A stretch of 64,000 bases of DNA, from contig OX597821.1 in NCBI GenBank assembly GCA_951406725.2, positions 55,490,001 to 55,554,000 on the forward strand, in the 5' to 3' direction. The notes under the pieces are model-generated. The model ran no database searches. It saw nothing but the letters and a program-made list of their open reading frames with translations, and had not been told where the DNA came from. Both the position numbers and the translations under genes were made by a program. Each line of letters starts with the position of its first letter. Positions within the stretch are counted from its first letter, which is position 1. Positions 54,280-64,000 of the stretch are shown here, piece after piece. Origin of the DNA: Octopus vulgaris (lineage: Eukaryota).

Positions 54280-54638
54280 ACCCATCAGGAGGTGCTTTAT
54301 CCATTTTTGAGAGTGAATGGAGCCTTGGTGGGTCAGCAAAGGTGGCCAAGTCACTGCTCCTCATCTCCTTCTGGCTTCCAGCTTAGCTCTTTACTCTTAC
54401 TCCAAAGCCAAAAAAGAGGATTTTTCTTTTGCCTCTTCCATTCAGCGCACAGATACCCTTCGCCCCTTAACTTTCATTCCAGTAGTTGTAAGCAGCCTCC
54501 ATGCCGACTGAGCAGGGAATCCCCTACAGTCAACCTCGACTGCGAAAATCTATATCTGTTATTCCTTCTCCCTGCAATACTGCAGTAGGCTTTCATATCA
54601 AGCACGCTTCCGTTCATTGGCCTCATCACACCCATCTT
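54280..54638 (-). mobile_element. HERO-like LINE 3' end
   Basis: DGCDEANERKRA*YESLLQYCREK...FAVEVDCRGFPAQSAWRLL...WLWSKSKELSW. Confidence 0.8.
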
Positions 54639-54639
54639 T

Positions 54640-55040
54640 CTACAGGCCTTTTAGTCCAGTTACGATAATTTTCTTTGGTCTTATTGCTACAAGTAGTTTG
54701 ACTATACCAGATCTTCTCCAAGAATCCACTGTTCCTTCATGCATTATTATAATACCCTGAGGCATTTTGAAACGCTATCCCGTCCGAAGATTTTGATGAT
54801 ATGCGCCTTCCTATATTACTAACTAGGTTCTTAAAAACTACGGGTTCGATGATTTGATTCTTTGTGAACATAAAATAGCTTCAGACGTTACAGCGTTTCA
54901 AAATGTACAGCGTTTCAAAATGCCGTGCTGTGTTATAATAATGCATTAAGGAACAGTGGATTCTCTGAATTCTCGGAGATCCAGTATAGTTAAACTACTT
55001 CTAGTAATAATAGAATTAAAACTAGGAAAGACTTGTGGTC
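54640..55040. repeat. ~400-bp fold-back element with ~150-bp imperfect arms
   Basis: agaatccactgttcctt/aaggaacagtggattct and ttttgaaacgct/agcgtttcaaaa pair; 17-bp tandem duplication near 54888-54922. Confidence 0.8.
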
Positions 55041-55479
55041 TAATCCGGCATTTTATATTGCTGTAAAAACAAATAGAGAAATATTCTTTCTCCCACCACT
55101 TATACTGATTTTCTTTTCGTTTTCTTTCTGTATTTGAAATACATATGGAAAAGTATGTTTCTGTATATATGTATGTGGATACTTATATATGCATTTGTAT
55201 ATATTTATGTTTCGCCCGTATTCCTTTGTATATGTAGGCACGTACCAACGTTTGTATGTTTAGTGTATATATGTATATAGGATTTTTGTATGTGTATGTA
55301 TTACTAAATATATATTTTTATGATATTAGCCCTTTTAAACGGACCTACCTTTTGTTTAATTTAAATTTCTGATTGCCATTAATTAATTTACCCTTTTTAT
55401 ACAGGTAATTTTCCTTTTGTTAAAGCTAATTTTTAATTTAATTTTTTTTTCTATATTTTTGAGATAAGGAATTCTGTAT

Positions 55480-56360
55480 ATCATATGCATTGGACGAATA
55501 TGTGTCCTCATCTTGTTTGATGTTTCGGCTGATTTACTCAGGAGCGTTCATCAGGAAGAATTTTGAACCCAACCCTGGGTTCTCATTCCTATTGCTATTA
55601 TTATTATTATTCATTAAATGCACTGCCTGGAAATGAACTCGCAATCTTGGGGTTAGTAGCCTGCGATCCTACCCATTGCTCTATATGCCCGTGGGCAATT
55701 AGAGTGAATTTTAGTGCTCATAAAACTAAAATTTTTGTATCCTTCCTTAATATCGGTTCCCAAAATTCTATTCATATCTGCACTAGGTCTGCTTTGAAGG
55801 TTATTCTGTCCTAGCATATGTGCTGCCTCTTTTAGTTTACGTATTTTCCAGTGGTGTTCTCTGTCTATTATTTTAACTTTATCCCATAGGGGAAGGTGGT
55901 CTCCGCTTTTCCATACAACATCAGCTATACCCGATTTTTCAACATCTCGTGTCACAGCTTTACGATATTCTCGTACCCTTATTTTGAGTGGGTGGCATGT
56001 TTCGCCTCTCTATAACCTGCCACAACTGCATAGGATGGAGTACACTCAGTCTTTGGTCATATTCTTCCTATTAGTGGTTTTACTCGAAAGAGATATTTGC
56101 GAAGTGTTGTATGACTCTTGAATACCGTCCTGATGTCACATTGACAGCATATCTTTTGTATCTTTTCCAAGAGCCTTTCAATTAGGGTAGACAAACTGTG
56201 GTCGGTTTATGGGTTTCATCCTCTCTCCTTTTCCTAATTGGAGTGGAGAGTATGTTTTTTTGGGTAGTTGTTGCTTAATAGATTGTTACTTAGCTTGATT
56301 ATTTCTTCGTGGTGCGTATCAGTGTCGCTACTTATATTCTTTACTCGATGTTTAAGGTTT
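55480..56360 (-). mobile_element. Penelope-like (Poseidon-type) 3' fragment with GIY-YIG and pLTR
   Basis: VYSILCSCGRLYRGET...KSGIAD...WDKVKIIDREHHWKIRKLKEA; hammerhead core downstream. Confidence 0.85.
55520..55558 (-). ncRNA. Hammerhead ribozyme core remnant in Penelope pLTR
   Basis: CTGATGA a cgct...agcc GAAA on the minus strand, ~100 bp downstream of the GIY-YIG ORF; stems I and III are eroded. Confidence 0.5.
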
Positions 56361-56532
56361 TTCTTCTATTTTTATAAATATTATATTAAATCGGAATTGT
56401 AATTTCATATAACCGGTTATTGAAAAGACGGTTAGTTGAAAGGACCAATGAAACAAAAACATTTTATAATAGGTATCTATCAACGTAATTGTATATTTAT
56501 GCATATAACCCTATTTTGTTCCATTTTCAACT

Positions 56533-56578
56533 AAAACTGTCCGAAGAACGGGAACGTGAAACTCTGAGAAACAGTTTT
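56533..56578 (+). ncRNA. Degenerate type I hammerhead motif
   Basis: aaaactgt CCGAAGA acg ggaa cgt GAAA ctc t gag AA acagtttt: all three stems pair, with two core substitutions. Confidence 0.6.
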
Positions 56579-57037
56579 CTTGTGTGATGTCGTTGCAGCT
56601 TTATTAAGGAAGCATATTACTCTACATCTGGTATTCCAGTACTATTTTCCCCAGCTTGTTACACATTTATGCGATCACTCTGGTGTATGTGTGTGTGTGT
56701 GTATTATGTATATCCCTGTTCCCATAATAAACACATTCTGCAACGTAAATTGGAGCATGCGTTGACTGGGGATTTATATTTCTCAAAGAAGTACATCATC
56801 CTACTCTCACATGCCTCCGTGAATCAAATGAATGAATAGATGTAGGAAACAATTATATTGATTTTCGCAACTACAAAGGGCTCACTGATTAATCTCGATA
56901 TATTTACGAGTGTGAAACTCCCAAATAAGCTTCGATAAGATTTAGATTAGCTTCTATGGAAATATGTGTGCGTATAATGTAGCTGTGTATATATGTATGC
57001 TTCCGTGCACGTATGCGTATGTGTGTATAAACATGAA

Positions 57038-57102
<65 letters not shown>

Positions 57103-57117
57103 ATATGTATATATGTA

Positions 57118-57169
<52 letters not shown>

Positions 57170-57309
57170 CTCACACATATACGTAGACATAGACACATAC
57201 AATCAAACACTCACAGGTACGCACGCACAGACACACACATATATGTGTGTGTGTATGTGTGTGTGTGTACTAGCAGAGATTCACGACCTTGCTCGGGATT
57301 AAAATGGTT

Positions 57310-57680
57310 TTTTATTGCTTGACTTGTTTCAGTCATGTGACGGCGGGCATGCTGTAGCGCCGCCTTCTGTCGAAAATATCGACGACAGGATTTATTCATT
57401 GTAAGCCTATTACTTATTCTATCAGTGTATTTTGCCGAACCGCTACCATGTGGGAACGCAACCAGGGCAACATCGGTTATCAAGCAATGGTGGGGGGGGG
57501 TACAAACACCCACACCCACACATATACACACGTACACACATGCATACACACACACGCATATATACACATATAGACGACAGTCTACTTCCGGTTTCTGTCA
57601 ACCAAATCTACTGACATGGCTTTGGTAGGCCCAAGGCTATAGTAGAAGGCACATGTCCAGGGACTGAAACGGGAATCATC
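57310..57680 (-). mobile_element. SINE family 1 copy
   Basis: ttttgccgaaccgct...accaaatcta...ggctatagtagaag. Confidence 0.75.
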
Positions 57681-58290
57681 TTCTCTCTCTCCCTCTCTGT
57701 GTTTCTCTCTCTTTTCTCTCTTTCTCCTTCTCTATCTTCCACTCTCTCCTTTTCTCTCTCTCTCTCTCTCTCCTCTCTGTTTCTTTTTCTCTCCCTCTTT
57801 GTATAGCATAGCTTTTTGTTTGCCCTATTATTTTTATCATTTCACCTTATATTCCAATCGCTTGGATACAGACGTATACGCACGTTTTGCACCTGGACTA
57901 TCGTGTCTTTTGCCAATATTTTGAAGAGATGCATCCGTAACTTATTGAAACAACTATATAGTTGCATAAAACGACACTGTTTTTCTGCGTTTCTCATTTT
58001 GTAATGTATCTCTGCACTTTCACCTTTCATCTGATGTGATGATTGGATTTATATCACGTAGGATATAAGAGTTTAATGCGGAACTGAAGACGTTGCCTCA
58101 TGATTTATGTCTCTCAGAGAAGTATACGATCCATTTTCATATCTTCTCTGTGAAGTAATTGAAAGAATGAACGAATGAAAGAGTTGATTCTGTCTTTTTC
58201 TTCACAACTAGAAAGGTTTCACTGAATAACATCTCAATGCATTTACCTGTTTGAAAATGAGAATTCCGATTGGAGAAGATTTATATTATG

Positions 58291-58328
<38 letters not shown>

Positions 58329-58642
58329 TCTGTCTCTCTCTTAATCTCTCCATCTTCTCCCCCTCTCTCTTTATATATATATATATATAGTAAAAAAATT
58401 ACAAAAAAGAAAAAGACGAAGACAAGTGTAGTAACAACTAGCAGGTGTATCAGTTTAACATTCCGGAAAAATGGAAAAGTCTTGTACGTTTCGAGTCTAC
58501 GATCGAAAGGATTAAGAGGAAAACAAAATGAAGAGAGAATGAAAAAAACCGACAAAGAGAAAATGTGCAGCGTTCAATGGTCCAACATGGCGAGATGACT
58601 CGAAAAAAAGAAGTTGAATGAAAGGGAGATGATAATAATAAC

Positions 58643-58707
<65 letters not shown>

Positions 58708-58708
<1 letters not shown>

Positions 58709-59190
58709 TGTTTTGTCTTGGTATAAAAGATGGGCTACAGCAAATATTCTGCTCAATACCACAGATTTGCTTGTCAGTTGTTTGACCTTAACCAGTTGAG
58801 CATGTCCCTTAGTGGCTGACGATATGTGCATCTCTGATCACGAGCAGAAGTAGTGGGGGAGCATCATAGCCATGTGTTGAGAAGGATTCTTTGGGGTTTG
58901 AATAATTCACCTCTGGAAACATGGGTGTTTCGTTCAACGTCCTTAAACAACCCTTATTCAGGGACCTTTTGAGCGGGATGGGTTACTCGATCTGAAGAAA
59001 TTTCTAACTGGGCTCCACCTGCAAGGTCATGTGCTGCTTATCTTGATATGAGATCACCATGTCGCGCACATATGGTTGTGATGCATGTGCCTGGTGTACC
59101 CTTATCAGACGGGTAGTCATGATGGGTATACTGGGCTTCGTATATTTTACCCCAGTGTCACTTTGATGGCATGCTCTGCTCGCTCACTCA
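58708..59190 (+). mobile_element. (TAA)n-tailed retroposon within an (AAT)n array
   Basis: (AAT)n on both sides; collinear with 40075-40556. Confidence 0.85.
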
Positions 59191-59289
59191 ATAATAATAA
59201 TAATAATAATAATAATAGTAATGATGATGATGATAATAATAATAATAATAATAATGATGATGATGATGATGATGATAATAATAATGATA

Positions 59290-59325
<36 letters not shown>

Positions 59326-59355
59326 TTAACAACAACAATAATAATAATAATGATA

Positions 59356-59472
59356 CGGTTGTGATGCATGTGTCTAGTGTACCTTATCAGACGGGCAGTT
59401 TTGATGAGTATACAGGGTTTCGTATATTTTACACCATTATTACTTTGATGGCGTGCACTGCCCTCCCACTCA
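59356..59472 (+). mobile_element. Short 3' copy of the (TAA)n-tailed retroposon
   Basis: Repeats 59073-59190 and is followed by AAT repeats. Confidence 0.8.
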
Positions 59473-59496
59473 ATAATAATTATAATGATAATACCA

Positions 59497-59570
59497 TGAA
59501 GAAGAAGAAGAAGAAGAAGAAGAAGAAGAAGAAGAAGAAAAAGAAGAAGAAGAAGAAGAAGAAGAAGAAG
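59497..59570. repeat. (GAA)n array
   Basis: Directly visible. Confidence 0.95.
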
Positions 59571-59571
59571 A

Positions 59572-61890
59572 GGAAATTAGATAAAGGAACCTGTGGAAGA
59601 CTTGAAGAAAGCGGTCTTTTAACGAAAATAATAAAGCAAAACGAAATTTTACTGCCATACAAAGCACAGTTTCTCCTATATACGATGGCTCAGTAAAACA
59701 TGTGCAAAAAACACAGGAACTCAACACCGAAGAGTTTACAAATTATAAAATAGAAATGGAACAAAACTGTCTACACAATCATATATACATTTTGATACGC
59801 ATAGGACTACACATACATCTCAATGTTTACACAACTACGTGAAATTTACAGGACACACATTCACGCATATGAAAACACGTTTCACAAGCGAAGTAAAAAC
59901 GAATACAAAACTTTTCGTTCATTTTTTTTTTTTTCGAAATAACTCAGAGGGAACCAATCATATGTTTAAAACACAAAACACCACAAAAAACTATGCTCGG
60001 AGATAAATCGATCAACAAAAATATACAGACAAATACAGATGTTTTAGTCTTAGAAGCTACGGTACGAGCAATGTTTACATGCAGAGAACCCCTTGACGGT
60101 GTTGTCTCAAAACATTGACTCTAAACAGACAAATCCATCATTTAATGTCAACGTCAAAGCTCGTCATGCCTCAATGATAAAAAGCAAATTACAAACCAGA
60201 ATAATCGTCGACCTGATCACAGAGGACTACGTACTCGATGTATATCTGTTAGCCTGAAGAAGCCATATTACGAGCATGCAGAGAACTCGGAGACTATGTC
60301 GTCTCAAAAAATTAACCCTAAACAGACAGATCCGTCCTCTAATGTCAACGTCAAAGCTCGTCATGCCTCACTGTCAACAAATCAAAATAAAAACGGGAAT
60401 GGTCATAGACCTGATTAGAAATGGCCACGTACTCGAATGAGGAACGAGATTCGAGTCGAAAAATCTGCAACTGGTTCAAATCTTCCCGACACACAGGAGC
60501 TGGAAGTACCCCACAACCGGAATATTCCAACAGATGGCGATCCATGTTCGTCATCAAACAACCAAAGGAGAAAGAATGAAAAATGGTCTAGGGAAGATAA
60601 TAAAGAAGTTCTTACGGCCTTCTACCATGCCATGTATAGACCGAAACACTGAAGTAAGACCCTACATAGTAACAAACTTGCCAAATTCAGAAGAAACATT
60701 ATATAAAAAAAATTACTAACTGAAGTGAGATTGAACAAATTATACAAGCAGTAAGGAATAAAAAGAACGAAGCTGCAGCTAAAGAAGATACTACAGAAGA
60801 AATAAATATGGACCCGCCCACGACTGATGAAAATGCAGTAATGATTGAAAGATTTATTATAACTAATAAGCAAAGTGAAATACTCTCTGAACCAACCATA
60901 AACACTAAGGCAGATGAAAAACAAATAGATGAAAAAAGTCACACAGAAATTAACCCAACAGAACTACATGATCTAAATAATCAAATCATGATTGAATGGC
61001 TGAAAATTTAAGAAACCAGCATGAATGAACGCGATACTCTCCCAAAAATTCGCAATTCTAACCAAAACCTGAAAATAATTGGTAAAATCCGCCTTGCACT
61101 TAAGGATATAATTTCAGCTAATGATGTTGATATTATAGATCTCAACCATCTGTACTATGCATCCGCGAAAATCTCAACGATTTTATGTGGTGAAAAGATT
61201 AGAAAACAACATTCCCACAATAAGCCTTCTTGGCGAGAGCGTATTCAACACCAAATTAAGCTACTTAGGTCTGACATAGAATGTTTGAAAAACCTTATGT
61301 TTAACAAGACTATGAAACCTCCAAAAACCAGAAAATTAACGAAAATATGAAAATCATATTTGATAGTGATACCACCATAGAAACCATCAAGCAAAACGTA
61401 TGTGCTAAAGTTGCCCACACAGCAAGGTATGAAAAGCGCAATAGATTCTTCATGGATAAAAACATATTGAAAAATAACCCCAAAAACGTTTACATGAAGA
61501 TAGGAGTGATACCAATTACAGTAAAATATGTCTCATCAAAAGAAGAAGTGCAGGAATTTTGGAATAAAATTTGTGCAGAAGAAAACAAAACACAATGAAA
61601 AGGCCCCTTGGATTGATAAAATATCTACATACTTAGACTCCTTAGAGGAACAACATTGGGCGTGTCAAGGTAGAAGATATAAGATCTGCTCTTAGGAGGT
61701 CAAGCAAATGGAAGTCTCCAGAAAAGGATAAAATTCCTAACTTCTGGTTGAATGCCTTGAGAGAGAGCAATGAACTAATAACAAAACTTTACAACGATGT
61801 TTTGCAGCATCCTAGTATAATGTCCTCTTGGCTAGTTAATGGTTTAACATTCCTACTTCCAAAAATGAAGAAACAAATGAACCAAAACTT
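59572..61890 (+). mobile_element. Decayed R4/Dong-like LINE, 5' part to the start of RT
   Basis: KWSREDNKEVLTAFY N-terminus, PSWRERI, WKSPEKDKIPNFWLNAL, GLTFLLPK; ~200-bp direct repeat at 60078-60238 and 60276-60436. Confidence 0.8.
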
Positions 61891-64000
61891 ATCGTTTAAC
61901 TATGTACGTATATGGTAGTGGATACATATAACTGGGTGAAAATAGTAAAGTATGAAATGTAATGAAACTAAGAAACTTATTTGATTTAAGTGTTAGTATA
62001 TAAAGGAAAATGAATATCAAATAAAAACTTATTTATACGTGTAACAAGGGGAAATTAATATAGATAGACAAAGCGAAAATATTGCTCCAGTATTAAGAAC
62101 TGTGGAATGATGAAACCAACGAGAACCCGAAGTCTATGCTGTCATTTAGTCTGCTAGAAACTGCAACAAAGATAATTTATTTTCATTCAATGGAAGAGAA
62201 CACAGTCACACTATCTAGCACATTGATAAGAAGATCAAAGTTTGATCATCATTCGTTACAGGTCAGTTCTATCAGTGCTAAACAGCATAAAAAATAACAA
62301 AGTCAGTTATTATACTGGAGTATCTAGTTTCTTATACTTTATTCAAGAAACCTCTTTTTCTAATTTTCTAACTACAGATCACATTACGTGCCATACATTT
62401 ATAATACGCTTCGTGATTGCTTGGTATGAATAATGTTCCCCTAAATATTATATTATAAAGTAGAGCAAGTATTTATGCATTGCAATTATGAAAGTCTTAT
62501 GTCAATAAATAGGTTTTTTCATTAAATGCATTATCTTTGACGCCAAAAGAGCAGACGCCAGATTACAATTATATATTGAATATCTCGTGCTGAATCCTTA
62601 AATTAGATAATATATATTATTCTGCAAATAGAAAATCAATTGTTTTGACACCTTATATTCTGAACGGAATGAGAGAAACGCTCAAAGCATATATATATAT
62701 ATATATATACATAAAAACAGTCTATTTTTACAGGATGCGTCTTTTATTATAAGATTCTTGGATGTCGATTAAAGGGAGTCGAGCATTAGGTTTTATTCCC
62801 TACTGTCTGAAATTCATTATAATTTTTACATAGTTACCTATGTAAAATTTGTAAGCGTATGTGCAATGATATTTGAAATTCTGCCTAATTCCTCTTAGTA
62901 TCTGCATCTCATATGAAAACGTGTGTAGAGTGAAGAACTAAAAATACATTGGTTTGTTTCTATTTGATGCTACATTATACTTTGACGAAATAATAACGTG
63001 GTCAAATATAAAGGAAAAACAAAAACGAGTGATGAGGAAGAATAAGAAAATAGTTAAGTAAGATAGGAGTATACACAATTTACAAATTTCTTTCCATAAC
63101 TTATACTGTTCTTCATTCCATAAAAAAACTTAACATCCCTGATTTTCTGCTCAGCAAAATGTTCGATATTTTATGACTATTTCTCCAACAATCCAAATTC
63201 AATCATGCCTGTTTCCAGTCTGTTGCTCCAAAAATATTTGGAATAAAACTAAATTTATGCTTTGCATACTGAAATTAGAATCTTGACATGAGTAGGCAAT
63301 AGATATCATTTTTCTCTTTATATCATTATTGACATGCATGCAGGCAGCTGGATTGTATATCCATATCTTGTTTTTCCAGATGACACTGTCAGGTATATCG
63401 TATGTTCTTTTTACTTAGATTTGTTCGTATGAGAACATATATGCATGCAAGTTTCCTTTTACTTAAAAACAAAATAAAACGAAGCCAATTTTGATAAGAC
63501 GTGACAAGAATGGCGAATACATTTTATATGGTGATGAATATTGCCGGTTAAAATACGAGACATATATGAATTAAGTAGATTAGCAAAATATCAGAGAACA
63601 TAACGAAAGGAAAGAAGACGAGAGTTGAGGAATGAGAAGATAAACAGAGACATATTCAAAACCAAAAGAAAAGTAAAAAAAAAGTCAGAGAGAAGAATAC
63701 GTAAGTTAGAATGCAATAATGCATAGATATAAAAAATATGAAACGAGAAATTTGAAATGAGATAAACGATGAATGAAGCAAGTAGAAAAAGAAATATGTT
63801 TCCAGTAATAAAACATAAATGAAAAAATTTGCATGTTCCATAGAAAAGTATAAAAAAATTAGTACAAAACAATTATTCAAGATTATTAAAAAAATCGAAA
63901 GGAATAGAAATAAAATTAAGTTTTCGTATCTAAATATCTTGGACGATATAAATTTGTAAGAAATGGAAACTAAAAGATAAAGCAATGAATTATATTCTCT

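Noticed and set aside
58470-58510. Additional hammerhead on the minus strand
   Set aside because: Only the ctcGAAAcgt half is present; the CTGANGA box is missing.

Overview
AT-rich, microsatellite-saturated animal genomic DNA. The SINE families and repeat landscape suggest a cephalopod, probably Octopus (inference). I can support no intact host protein-coding gene; nearly all ORFs in the supplied track are microsatellite translations or transposon debris. Recognisable elements: a full-length but frameshifted mariner, other Tc1/mariner fragments, a non-autonomous Helitron, Penelope-like elements with degenerate hammerhead ribozyme motifs, R4/Dong-like, HERO and Tx1 LINE fragments, several tRNA-derived SINE families and many fold-back hairpins. 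Main result: the unique DNA between these insertions translates, with many stops and frameshifts, into leucine-rich repeats followed by stalk-like and, in two cases, transmembrane-like segments. These form four long decayed LRR-receptor relics arranged B(+) A(-) | C(+) D(-). A matches C and the end of B matches the end of D in reverse complement, so the window looks like an ancient giant fold-back duplication with its axis near 31,970. All alignments and translations were done by eye and most boundaries are approximate.
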